From Bacteroidales bacterium (GTDB taxonomy: Bacteria > Bacteroidota > Bacteroidia > Bacteroidales > JAADJA01), in contig JADHVR010000002.1 in the NCBI GenBank assembly GCA_016783885.1, positions 3,628-67,627 of the forward strand: a stretch of 64,000 nucleotides of DNA, read 5' to 3'. Below are positions 33,155 to 42,775 of the stretch, piece by piece. Position numbers and translations under genes: made by a program. The notes beneath the pieces were generated by a model, which was given only the letters and a program-made list of their open reading frames with translations, ran no database searches and was not told where the DNA came from. Position 1 is the first letter of the stretch. The number at the start of each line of letters is the position of its first letter.

Positions 33155-35185
33155 CTAATCCGGCACCTGACTGTATTTTCCGTTGTTCGGCACCCATACA
33201 TCATTTTTGTCCTGGTTATTTGCCTGTACATCCAAATTAGCATCGCCGGACAAATAACCGGATAATCCTGCCTCAAAATACCAAACTTCAGTTCCGTCTT
33301 CAGTGTTAATTATTCCATCGGCATTAGCATCGCCGCCTATCATGCCCCAAATATTAGGTGCAATTTCTTTATGCCCGTCAGTTCCACCCCACACCTGTAT
33401 TTGAGCAAATGTATAATCATAAGTATAAACGCCGCCTGAAAGCGAAGCCGGATAAGAGGCCATAATGTCGAGGTGGTTTTTATGGCGAACAACAACAAAA
33501 AGACTCCAGTTAACCGTTGTATAAAAACGTACAGGACTAACCCCGTCAAGGTCAACCACAGAACCGTCTTTTAACAAAAATGCTGCACGATAACCTGATA
33601 TTGCTTCGCTTGTAGCACGGTCAGCCTGGGTTGTGTCGCGTAATTCAATCAACACCCAGTCCACCACATCGGGATTTGGAATTGAGGTAACACTTTCTGT
33701 TCCTGAATAATTCCATGGTTCGATATTGTAAGGCTGGTTAAGCGGCAGCAATCCTTCATCGTTCAGACCGGTGTTCATGTTTGTTTCATTGAATGGTCCT
33801 TCGAGATATACTTTTAATCCAAGTTGAATAGTTTCTGTATAATGAACCAGTGCTTTGATGCAAAAATTACCCGTGTTTTGAAAACCTGACGGATCATTAT
33901 AATAGTAAAAATCTGTCCAGCTTTTTCCGTCATTATAATAGCTTTCGCCCGGATTGGCTGTAGAAGGCACAATAGTTTTTGTACCCCCACCAAGTAAAAC
34001 AGGCACATCGGAAGTCCTGTCGTAAGGAATGCCACCCTCAGATAAATATAAATACACATAAAAATCATCTCCTTCAGGAATATTTACAGGATTGTTAAGT
34101 TCAATAGTATGTAAGCCACAATACTCTATATTTCCTGATTTTGAAGCAAGTTCATTCGACAAATTAGCGCCATTGAAATCATCATATATTTTAATTGTAT
34201 AATCAATGCTATCTCCGGCAGTAAAAAAGTTAACTGCAATTATGGTTTCATTATTTGTTGTTGTAAAAGCATTGAACACCTCCGTAGCAGAAGTCAATGT
34301 ATCGCGCCAGCCATGGTAATCGTGATAATAAGCAGTGTCGTATTGTAGCGGTTCAACATTCTTAAAGGTAATTGCTCCCATTTCAGGATTCTGGCAGGCA
34401 TGTTTATCATAATAGGAAATCCAGAAATAACCGCTCAATCCCCATCCCGAACCCCAGCTATTTTTGCAAAGCCAGGCTCCGTTATCAGGAGGTGAAGTTT
34501 TAAATTTGCTTTTATCAAAATTGTCATCCCAGCCAACAATAGCAATTGAATGATTAGGGTCATTGGGGTTTGATTCAGGTTGGTAATGTGCATAATAACC
34601 ATAATTAAAAAATGAACTGCTCCAGCACATACAGATAGCCATCACACCTTCTGTCATTACCTTGGATTTGATAAGGTCAATATTTTCAAGGCTTGAACCG
34701 GCTGTGTACCACTCCACATCGCGGGGGTAATAGTAATGATAACTGGTATCCGAACGATCAGGAGGGGTGCTGTACGATTGTCCGTCAATATCCCTTACAG
34801 CGCCATCAAGTCTTGAAAGATAAGCTGTAACAACGCGATAGTCTCCTCCATAATGAACATCAAGACCCTGCCCGTTATTAAAAGGCGGGTCGAGGTCCTG
34901 GTTATAGTAAGTGTTAAAGCCGTTCCACCAGTCCAAATGATATTCTGCAAGGTTTGGTTCTCCGGTTTCTCCGGCAGCAGCCCAGACGCCAGTCATTAAC
35001 AAGTTGCCTTCAATGGCTGCCATGGTTCCGTGTGTCCAGCAGGTTCCTCCAGACTGGCTTTTGACAGAAGTAACATAATTTTGACCATTAACATCTCTTA
35101 AATCGTAAGTTGGCGGTATGGTTTGACTCATTAAAAGTTGCTCCATACAAATTGTCATAATAAAAAAAATAATTGTTTTGCTCAT
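33155..35185 (-). CDS. Papain-family (C1) cysteine peptidase with the shared C-terminal module
   Basis: 676 aa with a signal peptide. Catalytic motifs [21 protein letters not shown] (Cys), [12 protein letters not shown] (His) and [20 protein letters not shown] (Asn/Trp). A middle beta-rich region. Shared module at nt 33158-33827 ([13 protein letters not shown]...DWVLIELRD...VRHKNHLDI...[10 protein letters not shown]...NNQDKNDVW...SQVPD-TAG). Confidence 0.8.
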   Translation of the reverse strand: MSKTIIFFIMTICMEQLLMSQTIPPTYDLRDVNGQNYVTSVKSQSGGTCWTHGTMAAIEGNLLMTGVWAAAGETGEPNLAEYHLDWWNGFNTYYNQDLDPPFNNGQGLDVHYGGDYRVVTAYLSRLDGAVRDIDGQSYSTPPDRSDTSYHYYYPRDVEWYTAGSSLENIDLIKSKVMTEGVMAICMCWSSSFFNYGYYAHYQPESNPNDPNHSIAIVGWDDNFDKSKFKTSPPDNGAWLCKNSWGSGWGLSGYFWISYYDKHACQNPEMGAITFKNVEPLQYDTAYYHDYHGWRDTLTSATEVFNAFTTTNNETIIAVNFFTAGDSIDYTIKIYDDFNGANLSNELASKSGNIEYCGLHTIELNNPVNIPEGDDFYVYLYLSEGGIPYDRTSDVPVLLGGGTKTIVPSTANPGESYYNDGKSWTDFYYYNDPSGFQNTGNFCIKALVHYTETIQLGLKVYLEGPFNETNMNTGLNDEGLLPLNQPYNIEPWNYSGTESVTSIPNPDVVDWVLIELRDTTQADRATSEAISGYRAAFLLKDGSVVDLDGVSPVRFYTTVNWSLFVVVRHKNHLDIMASYPASLSGGVYTYDYTFAQIQVWGGTDGHKEIAPNIWGMIGGDANADGIINTEDGTEVWYFEAGLSGYLSGDANLDVQANNQDKNDVWVPNNGKYSQVPD

Positions 35186-35195
35186 GATAAATGGA

Positions 35196-35798
35196 TTAAA
35201 GAAATTTTGGATTAACTAAAAAATCTAATGTTTTGATGATTATTTTAAGGTCGGCAAGAAGCCCCTGCTCTTTGATGTATTGAAGATTCAGTTCTAATTT
35301 TGCGGGCATGATTTGTTCAACATAGGCTTTTTCCGGATCGGAAAATCCAGCCAGTATCTTATTTTCGTTTACGTATTCTAACGAAGCATAATCAGTTAAA
35401 CCGGATTTAACTGATAACACCTGCTTTTGGCGGTCATCATACAGTTCTACATATTTTCTCACTTCAGGACGTGGCCCCACAAAGCTCATTTCTCCTTTCA
35501 GAATGTTGATCAGTTGAGGCAGTTCGTCAATTTTGTGTTTTCTAAGTCCCTTTCCTATTCCGGTAATCCTGTTATCCTTTTCCCCAACAGTTAATAACCC
35601 TTGTCTGTCAGATTTAACAAACATGGTGCGGAATTTTATCAGGTTAAAGTCCTTGTTGTTTTTCCCGACTCTTTTCTGGATGTAAAAAGCACCTCCTTTA
35701 GAATCAATCTTTATAAGGAAAGCTATAATTAAAAATAAAGGCGAGAGTATGATCAGGCTCAGAAGTGAAAATAATATCTCAAGAAATCTTTTTATCAT
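35196..35798 (-). CDS. Small monotopic polyprenyl-phosphate sugar-phosphate transferase (bacterial sugar transferase, PglC/WbaP-C-like)
   Basis: 200 aa. N-terminal re-entrant helix, then motifs [38 protein letters not shown]. Confidence 0.8.
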   Translation of the reverse strand: MIKRFLEILFSLLSLIILSPLFLIIAFLIKIDSKGGAFYIQKRVGKNNKDFNLIKFRTMFVKSDRQGLLTVGEKDNRITGIGKGLRKHKIDELPQLINILKGEMSFVGPRPEVRKYVELYDDRQKQVLSVKSGLTDYASLEYVNENKILAGFSDPEKAYVEQIMPAKLELNLQYIKEQGLLADLKIIIKTLDFLVNPKFL

Positions 35799-35804
35799 AC
35801 TTTA

Positions 35805-35887
35805 AGTCTTTAGTCGGCAGTCTCCAGTCTTCAGTCTGCCGACTGCCAATTGCTAACCTCTTAGAGGTTTGGAGTCGCTAAGAGGTT
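35805..35887. repeat. Heptamer-like low-complexity block (35805-35848) followed by a perfect 10-bp inverted repeat AACCTCTTAG...CTAAGAGGTT (35855-35887)
   Basis: agtctttagtcggcagtctccagtcttcagtctgccgactgcc belongs to the same family as 3605-3716 and 22173-22244. Confidence 0.7.
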
Positions 35888-35960
35888 CCAAGCTGGTTAA
35901 TATCTTGACTCCCTCCTTCGCCTCGCTCAGGTGGGCAAGCTTGACTCTGATTCTTGGCTC

Positions 35961-36983
35961 TTAAAAAGCACCTTCAAATTGTTTCAGGAAACGAATATCA
36001 TTTTCAAAGAATAATCGAATATCATTGATCTGATATTTTAACATTGCTGTTCGTTCTATTCCCATGCCAAAAGCAAATCCGGTATATTTTTTACTGTCGA
36101 TATTACAATTTTCCAGCACATTTGTGTCCACCATCCCACAACCAAGAATTTCGACCCAGCCGGTATGCTTACAAACCTTACAGCCTTTCCCGCCACAAAT
36201 GAAGCAGGAAATATCCATTTCTGCCGAGGGTTCGGTAAAAGGAAAATAAGATGGTCTGAACCTTATTTTCGTATCAGCTCCGAAAAATTCAGTAGAAAAA
36301 TAATAAAGCGCTTGCTTTAAATCGGCAAAGGATACATTTTTATCAATATATAATCCTTCTACCTGATGAAAGAAACAATGTGCCCTTGCAGAAATCGCTT
36401 CATTCCGGAATACCCTGCCCGGGAAAATAGCCCTGATAGGAGGCTTTTCATTTTCCATAACCCTTATTTGAACGGATGAAGTATGGGTTCGTAAAGCAAT
36501 ATCAGGATTTTTTTCAATGAAAAAAGTATCCTGCATGTCACGGGCAGGATGCTCTTCAGGGAAATTTAAAGCGGTAAAATTATGCCAGTCATCCTCTATT
36601 TCAGGTCCTTCCGAAACAGTAAACCCGATCCGTGAAAAAATACCGATGATTTCATTTCTGACAACCGATAATGGATGTCTTGTCCCTAAGCCGATAAAAT
36701 TAGCCGGCAATGTCAGGTCAATTGCTCCTTCTACCCCACCGCTCCTGCTTTTAAGAGACTTATTAAGTTCTTTTACTTTATCCTGTGCTTTGTTTTTCAA
36801 CTCATTCAACAACTGTCCCATCTCCTTCCTGTTTCCAGGAGGGATGTTTTTCATTTCTGCAAACAAGCCTGGAATAATTCCCTTTTTACTGAGGAATTTT
36901 ATCCTGAATTGTTCAAGCTGTTCCTGAGTTTCAGCAACGAAACTGTTTATTTCAGCAATATATTTTTGGACATTGTCTTTCAT
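35961..36983 (-). CDS. pheS: Phenylalanine--tRNA ligase alpha subunit
   Basis: 340 aa. Class II aaRS motifs [37 protein letters not shown] and [16 protein letters not shown]. Confidence 0.95.
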   Translation of the reverse strand: MKDNVQKYIAEINSFVAETQEQLEQFRIKFLSKKGIIPGLFAEMKNIPPGNRKEMGQLLNELKNKAQDKVKELNKSLKSRSGGVEGAIDLTLPANFIGLGTRHPLSVVRNEIIGIFSRIGFTVSEGPEIEDDWHNFTALNFPEEHPARDMQDTFFIEKNPDIALRTHTSSVQIRVMENEKPPIRAIFPGRVFRNEAISARAHCFFHQVEGLYIDKNVSFADLKQALYYFSTEFFGADTKIRFRPSYFPFTEPSAEMDISCFICGGKGCKVCKHTGWVEILGCGMVDTNVLENCNIDSKKYTGFAFGMGIERTAMLKYQINDIRLFFENDIRFLKQFEGAF

Positions 36984-37634
36984 TTATTCAATAATCTTAA
37001 TTGACATAGTTATATCTTCCACGGGTTTGTTGCTCCCTTCGGTTTTAACTGCAGCGATTTTATCAATAACATCCATTCCGTCAATCACTTCACCAAAAAC
37101 AGTATAAGAGCCGTCGAGGTGAGGTGTTCCGCCAATTGTTTTATATGCCTCACGCTGTTGTTCTCCAATTTCAATACCGAGTCGGTTTGCGTACATATCT
37201 ATATTTTCATCGGCTAACACCTGTCCTTGTACAAAATAAAACTGAGAACCGGAAGAAGCCTTTTCCGGGTTTACCGGGTCGCTTTTCCTTGCAGCAGCCA
37301 ATGCACCTTTCTTATGATATTTTCCGGGCACAAATTCAGCCGGGATTGTATAACCGGGATCTAATCTGCCATCAGCATTTTGCCCGCCCTGTATCATAAA
37401 ATTTTGCATAACTCTATGAAAAGGTGAACCTTCGTACCATCCTTCATTTATCAGCTTAACAAAATTATCTCTGTGCTGTGGAGTTTCATTGTAGAGTATA
37501 GCGGTCATATCACCATAATCGGTGCTGATAAGGATTTTAATTTGTTTTTCTTCTGTTTCTTTTTTTTCCTGTGAGAAAACGTTTGTAATAAAAATAACAT
37601 TGACAATCAATAATAAAGCAATAAGTTTTTTCAT
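36984..37634 (-). CDS. Cyclophilin-type peptidyl-prolyl cis-trans isomerase, secreted
   Basis: Motifs FHRVMQNFMIQGG, SGSQFYFV, HLDGSYTVFGEVIDGMDVIDKI. The start is most likely ATG 37634 (MKKLIALLLIV signal peptide) rather than the track start at 37679. Confidence 0.9.
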   Translation of the reverse strand: MKKLIALLLIVNVIFITNVFSQEKKETEEKQIKILISTDYGDMTAILYNETPQHRDNFVKLINEGWYEGSPFHRVMQNFMIQGGQNADGRLDPGYTIPAEFVPGKYHKKGALAAARKSDPVNPEKASSGSQFYFVQGQVLADENIDMYANRLGIEIGEQQREAYKTIGGTPHLDGSYTVFGEVIDGMDVIDKIAAVKTEGSNKPVEDITMSIKIIE

Positions 37635-37943
37635 TGTAATAGATTTTTTATGATTATAAATTTTTTGATTTGGAGGCAAAAGTAGTAAAAGATTTATTTA
37701 TATTTTATAGAAGTTTCAGTGTTGTTGTATCGCCTTTATTATATTTATCGGGGGTAAGAAAAAAGGGAAAAATAAAACCCGAGAAAATAAATGCAATAAA
37801 AAAAGGATTTAGGATTATATCTAAAATTTTGTGTTTCAAAAATGTTTAATTTTTGAATTTCTTTAAACATTTTACTGATTTTCTTTTTCTTATCTTCTTC
37901 TGATATTTATATTTTGGGATTTGTTATTTCCACTTTATTTTGA

Positions 37944-38528
37944 CTATTTTTCCTTTTTCTTTTTCTCCATATAACACTTTCTGCACAAAGGCACATAATT
38001 ATCAGTTTCGCCTAATAATACAAGGCTGTTGTCTTCCACAAGGCGGTAAGAGTATTGAGCTAAATTACCACATTCCATACATATAGCATGGACTTTTGTT
38101 ACATATTCGGCGGTAGCCATGAGTGAAGGGATCGGACCAAAAGGATTACCAAGATAATCCATGTCGAGTCCCGCTACTATTACCCTTACACCATCATTTG
38201 CCAGTAAATTGCAAACGGAAGCGAGTTCATTATCGAAAAACTGAGCTTCGTCAATGCCAACCACATCCACATCGTTTGCAAGTAATAATATTTGAGAGGC
38301 AGCCTGAACGGGAGTAGATTTGATGGAGGTTTCATCGTGAGATACCACACTCTCCTCGTCATATCTTGTATCAATTGCCGGTTTATATATCTCGACTTTT
38401 TGCTTTGCAATTTTTGCACGGTTAAGCCTTCGTATCAATTCTTCCGTTTTTCCTGAAAACATCGAACCACAGATTACCTCTACCCATCCGTTTCGTTTAT
38501 GTTGCTTGTTAGTGTTCTCTAAAAACAT
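37944..38528 (-). CDS. tdk: Thymidine kinase
   Basis: 194 aa. P-loop [21 protein letters not shown], and the C-terminal zinc-ribbon Cys pairs (CMECG ... CRKC). Confidence 0.95.
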   Translation of the reverse strand: MFLENTNKQHKRNGWVEVICGSMFSGKTEELIRRLNRAKIAKQKVEIYKPAIDTRYDEESVVSHDETSIKSTPVQAASQILLLANDVDVVGIDEAQFFDNELASVCNLLANDGVRVIVAGLDMDYLGNPFGPIPSLMATAEYVTKVHAICMECGNLAQYSYRLVEDNSLVLLGETDNYVPLCRKCYMEKKKKEK

Positions 38529-38791
38529 GTTTGTCTTTATTTTTAAAGACCGTTTGAAATAGAATAATGCAAGATAAAAAATAAATTGCGTGGAGCATGG
38601 TGCTTAGGTATTATTATTTAAAAATAACATTTTAACTCCATGCTCTATACTCCAAGCTCTTTGCTCTATTTTGTTTAATGCAATTTTATATTCGAATTTT
38701 AATTATATTCTTTTATATCTTTATTGCCTCAATTTTTCACAAAATTAAGTATTTAGAACATTAATAAAATATTTTGTTAAAAACTTTGAAC

Positions 38792-39514
38792 ATGGACAAC
38801 AAATCGTATTTTGATTCAGTGGAAAAATTATTGGACGAACTTCGGGAATTGATTACAAGACAAAAAAATGATCCCGCGGGAATTGCAAAGATTGATATAG
38901 ATCTTACTTTAGAGAAAATCAGGCAAATATATGATATTTATCTTGGAACAGATAAAAATAATATTGGTGTCGAGCCTGCTAATGTAGCTGAAAAATCCGA
39001 TATAATAGAAGAAGAGCCGGAACCCCCCTCGCCAATATTTGAGGTTCAGGAGCAGGTTGTCGGCGACAAACTAACAGAAACAACAGAGTCTGTTGAAGAA
39101 GTGGAATTAAAGGATGAGAAGCCGGAACCGGAAATCGAACAGGCGCCTTCTTCAGGAGATATAATAGATTTATTTTCCGACTCGACAGTCGCTGATAAAT
39201 TCAGTGAGAAAAAGGCAGTTGTGGATAAAGTTTCGGAGGAAAAACAAGAAGAAAGCATTGCGGATAAAATGCAGAAGGATAAAATAACAGATTTGAAATC
39301 CGCTATCGGGATCAACGAGAAGTTTTATTTTATCAATGAATTGTTTGATGGTAATATGAAAGATTATAATGAAACCATCGAAGTATTAGCCGGATTTAAA
39401 ACGTTGGAGGAAGCAACGAATTATGTTAAGGAAATTAAAGAAAAATACAAATGGGATGAAGGTTCGGATGCGGTTAAACAATTGACAGACTTTATTGAAA
39501 GAAGGTATAAATGA
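38792..39514 (+). CDS. Hypothetical acidic protein
   Basis: Open frame with a very Glu/Asp-rich middle and a conserved-looking C-terminus (INEKFYFINELFDGNMKDYNETIEVL). ATG at 38792 is preferred over the TTG at 38774. No recognisable catalytic motif. Confidence 0.6.
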   Translation: MDNKSYFDSVEKLLDELRELITRQKNDPAGIAKIDIDLTLEKIRQIYDIYLGTDKNNIGVEPANVAEKSDIIEEEPEPPSPIFEVQEQVVGDKLTETTESVEEVELKDEKPEPEIEQAPSSGDIIDLFSDSTVADKFSEKKAVVDKVSEEKQEESIADKMQKDKITDLKSAIGINEKFYFINELFDGNMKDYNETIEVLAGFKTLEEATNYVKEIKEKYKWDEGSDAVKQLTDFIERRYK

Positions 39515-39547
39515 TTGATTATTATTTAAATTAACAATTCAGGCACA

Positions 39548-40801
39548 ATGCAAAAAATTATATTGTTAAGTATAACCCTGTTTATTTTTTTCAAAACCTT
39601 TTCGCAGGATAAGGAATATGCAATTTCAGTTGTGGATTCGTTAACCTCTCAGGATTTTCACGGAAGAGGATACGTGAATAACGGCGATAAAATAGCTGCA
39701 CAATTTGTTAAAGGAGAATTTAAAAAATTCGGTTTGAAAAGTTTTGGAGATAATTACTTACAGCAATTTACTATTCCAATAAACACTTTCGCTGACACTT
39801 TATTGGTTTCTGTTAACAACAACCGACTAATTCCGGGTAAAGACTATGTCCTGTTTTCTTCCTCACCATCTGTTTTCGGAACATTTGAATTAATCTGGTG
39901 TCTGTTGGATTCAACCGGTGTGCCCCAACTTCAGAGTAATTATGTGATGACTGATATATTGGATAAAGTGATGGTTATTGATATGAATCAAAAGGATTTT
40001 AAAAAGGAGAGTAATTTTAAGGCAAAAGGAATTATTTTTTTAAGGGATGAAAAAGTCTGGTGGCATGTATCCAATGGAAAAATTGTAAACGACTACTTTC
40101 AATTACAAATTGTAAAAGATAAAATTCCGGAAAACTCGAAAACTATTACCTTACAGGCTCGGAACAAATATTTTGACACATATCAAACACAAAATGTAGT
40201 TGCTTATGTTGAAGGGAAAACCTATCCTGATAGTTTTTTTGTTTTTACTGCGCATTACGACCATTTAGGGCAGATGGGAGCAGAAACATTTTTCCCGGGA
40301 GCCAATGATAATGCCAGTGGAACATCTATGCTTCTTGACCTTGCAAGACATTACTCATTACCCGAAAACCAGCCCGATTTCTCAATCGCATTTATTGCTT
40401 TTGGCGCCGAAGAGGTAGGCTTGTTAGGTTCGGGATATTTTACAGCCAATCCGTTGTTTCCTCTTGAAAACATTAAGTTTCTTATTAACCTTGATATGGT
40501 TGGTTCGGGCAGTGAAGGAATTAAAATAGTAAACGGAACCGTGTTTAAAAAACAATTTAACAAACTTGTGAGGATAAATTCAGAAAACGAATACCTGTTA
40601 AAAGTAAGCGAAAGGGGAGAAGCAGCCAACAGCGACCACTATCCCTTTTTCCAAAAAGGAGTACCATGCTTCTTTATTTATACTCTTGGAAAAGAATGCA
40701 AGGAATACCATAATATATATGACACACCCAAAAATGTTCCTTTTACCGAGTATGAAGACCTGTTCAGGCTTTTGACAGATTTTATTGGGACATTTAAATA
40801 A
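39548..40801 (+). CDS. M28 family metallopeptidase (aminopeptidase-like), secreted
   Basis: 417 aa with a signal peptide. Metal-ligand motifs FTAHYDHLG, GANDNASGTSMLLDLAR, FGAEEVGLLGS, NLDMVGSG and NSDHYPF. Confidence 0.85.
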   Translation: MQKIILLSITLFIFFKTFSQDKEYAISVVDSLTSQDFHGRGYVNNGDKIAAQFVKGEFKKFGLKSFGDNYLQQFTIPINTFADTLLVSVNNNRLIPGKDYVLFSSSPSVFGTFELIWCLLDSTGVPQLQSNYVMTDILDKVMVIDMNQKDFKKESNFKAKGIIFLRDEKVWWHVSNGKIVNDYFQLQIVKDKIPENSKTITLQARNKYFDTYQTQNVVAYVEGKTYPDSFFVFTAHYDHLGQMGAETFFPGANDNASGTSMLLDLARHYSLPENQPDFSIAFIAFGAEEVGLLGSGYFTANPLFPLENIKFLINLDMVGSGSEGIKIVNGTVFKKQFNKLVRINSENEYLLKVSERGEAANSDHYPFFQKGVPCFFIYTLGKECKEYHNIYDTPKNVPFTEYEDLFRLLTDFIGTFK

Positions 40802-40815
40802 AATGGATTATTAAA

Positions 40816-41487
40816 ATGTCAAAACTATATATCGTCCCTACACCCATCGGAAATCTTGAGGATATCACTTTCCGGGCAATTCGTATCCTGAAAGAGGTAG
40901 ATTTAATCCTGGCAGAAGATACACGTAACACCGGATTATTGCTAAAGCATTTCGATATCTATACGAAGATGAAATCACACCACCAGTTTAATGAACATAA
41001 AACCATTCAGAGTATAATTGACAGAATTGTAACAGGGCAAAAGATAGCTTTGGTAAGTGATGCGGGAACACCGGGAATTTCCGACCCCGGGTTTTTACTT
41101 GTAAGAGAATGTATTAAAAACAATATAGAGATTGAGTGCCTTCCGGGAGCAACGGCTTTTGTGCCGGCTTTGGTTAATTCGGGTTTGCCAACTGACCGGT
41201 TTGTTTTTGAAGGATTTCTGCCACAGAAAAAAGGAAGGAAGACCAGGCTTGAACAACTTGCAGGTCAAACTTATACAATGGTTTTTTATGAGTCTCCTTT
41301 CAGGCTTGTTAAAACACTGGAGCAATTTATTGAATATTTTGGTGCTGAAAGACAGGCATCGGTTTCGAGGGAACTCACAAAAATATACGAAGAAACAAAA
41401 AGGGACACATTACAAAAACTGAAAGAATATTTCAGTAATAAAAAAGTGAAAGGAGAAATTGTTATTATTGTTGAAGGTAAAAAATAG
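40816..41487 (+). CDS. rsmI: 16S rRNA (cytidine1402-2'-O)-methyltransferase
   Basis: 223 aa. LYIVPTPIGNLEDITFRAIRILKEVDLILAEDTR, SDAGTPGISDPG and FYESPFRL motifs. Confidence 0.9.
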   Translation: MSKLYIVPTPIGNLEDITFRAIRILKEVDLILAEDTRNTGLLLKHFDIYTKMKSHHQFNEHKTIQSIIDRIVTGQKIALVSDAGTPGISDPGFLLVRECIKNNIEIECLPGATAFVPALVNSGLPTDRFVFEGFLPQKKGRKTRLEQLAGQTYTMVFYESPFRLVKTLEQFIEYFGAERQASVSRELTKIYEETKRDTLQKLKEYFSNKKVKGEIVIIVEGKK

Positions 41488-41563
41488 ACTATTACAATAT
41501 TAAATGCCTGCCTGGCGGCAAAGGCAGGTGTGATGTCGAAAGTCAGAAGAAATAAAAAAAAAT

Positions 41564-41923
41564 ATGGAGAAAAAGACCAAACCGGATAAATCGGAAAAAA
41601 AACTTTCATTGAAAAGAGATTGGATTTGAATGAGTACCTGATAAAAAACAAGTCGGCTACCTTTCTAATCAAAGTGCAGGGCAATTCAATGGTTAATGCA
41701 GCCATTTTTGATGAGGGTATTTTGGTAATCGACCGGTCGGTTGAACCGATTGACAGCAATATTATTTTGGGAGTTCTGAACGGAGAATTTACTGTAAAAA
41801 GAATTGTTAAGAAAGGTGATAAAATATTTTTAGTGCCAGAAAGTGTAAAATTCAATTGAAGTAACTCAAGAAATGGATTTTCAGGTTTGGGGTGTTGTTA
41901 CTTTCTCTATTTATAAAACCTAA
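41564..41923 (+). pseudogene. S24 (LexA/UmuD-like) peptidase gene broken by two homopolymer-associated frameshifts
   Basis: The central frame (41620-41859) has ATFLIKVQGNSM (Ser) and FTVKRIV (Lys). Upstream ATG 41564 is out of frame by one A at the A8 run 41595-41602. Downstream, removing one A from the AAAA at ~41846 would continue into ...NSIEVTQEMDFQVWGVVTFSIYKT (stop at 41921-41923), a typical S24 C-terminus. No umuC-like partner is adjacent. Confidence 0.5.
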
Positions 41924-41938
41924 TTTGGTTTTTCTTGC

Positions 41939-42388
41939 TTAAGGAGTATTATAAACATGCAGTGTGTTTCCGTCAAATTCAGTAAAATATTGTTTCAGGG
42001 GCAGGGTTGAAGGTCCCTCAACCGGGAATCCATCAAGTATATTATATTTTGACATACAACATGAATCAACTAAGATAATTCCAGAGGCATCAACCTCTAC
42101 CCGGGCACTATCGTTCTGGGGATCATAAGGGCATGTCCGTTCATAAGCATTAAATGTATTCTCATTGATACGGTAAATAACGATCCCCCTGTATCCTTCA
42201 TTATCAATATACTTCCAGCCATTAGCAGGAATGAAATCAATTGTATTAGGCTCGAGATAAAAGTTTACAAATACATATGGTATATCACCCTCTTGTTGTT
42301 CTTTATCTTTATTGCAGCCAAAAAGCGAAACAACAATAAGTGTAATAAAAATAATAATAATTACCGATAGTTGTTTTTTTAAATACAT
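41939..42388 (-). CDS. Hypothetical lipoprotein with a Rieske-like fold signature lacking the His ligands
   Basis: Lipobox VVSLFG|C. The pattern ERTCPYDP...DSCCMSKYNILDGFPVEGPSTLPLKQY parallels Rieske C-x-H ... C-x-x-H-G-S-x-F..G....GPA..L..Y spacing, but His is replaced. Start ATG 42388 is preferred. Confidence 0.5.
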   Translation of the reverse strand: MYLKKQLSVIIIIFITLIVVSLFGCNKDKEQQEGDIPYVFVNFYLEPNTIDFIPANGWKYIDNEGYRGIVIYRINENTFNAYERTCPYDPQNDSARVEVDASGIILVDSCCMSKYNILDGFPVEGPSTLPLKQYFTEFDGNTLHVYNTP

Positions 42389-42489
42389 TATTACTTTTAT
42401 ATTGAACAAAATTACTAAATTCGACATTTTTATAACGAGATATTAATAGAAATATTTAAAGCAGATTGAAATATTTGACCGGGTTTATT

Positions 42490-42765
42490 ATGAAGTTTTG
42501 TAAATTTATAGCCTTTCTTTTGATTATTTGCTTTGTGCTTTTCGGTTATAGTTGTAGAACACTTGGACTGAATGACCCTGAAAAGCGAGTACGGAAGCAG
42601 GAGAAAAAAGAAGCCATAAAAGTGCAAAAGGCGCATAAAGCTGAGGTGAAACGACACTATAAAATGCAATCGGAGGATACTCAGAAACGTATGAAAAAGA
42701 ATTTAAGAAATGCCAGGAAGAAAAATAAGAGTAAAAAGAAAAAGTCGAAATGGAAATGTTCCTGA
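42490..42765 (+). CDS. Small, highly basic putative lipoprotein
   Basis: MKFCKFIAFLLIICFVLFGYSC lipobox-like N-terminus followed by a Lys/Arg-rich tail. Coding status rests on the ORF and signal only. Confidence 0.4.
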   Translation: MKFCKFIAFLLIICFVLFGYSCRTLGLNDPEKRVRKQEKKEAIKVQKAHKAEVKRHYKMQSEDTQKRMKKNLRNARKKNKSKKKKSKWKCS

Positions 42766-42775
42766 TTTTTACTAT

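Noticed and set aside
37740-37870. Possible 41-codon minus-strand ORF (MFKEIQKLNIFETQNF...FLGFYFSLFSYPR) in the tdk/cyclophilin spacer
   Set aside because: It is short, has no ribosome-binding or conservation evidence available here, and the AT-rich spacer easily yields such frames. It is left unannotated.
41286-41855. 189-aa minus-strand ORF opposite rsmI and the S24 remnant
   Set aside because: It is antisense to two recognisable genes, has low-complexity Phe/Leu/Ser-rich composition typical of AT-rich antisense frames, and shows no motifs.
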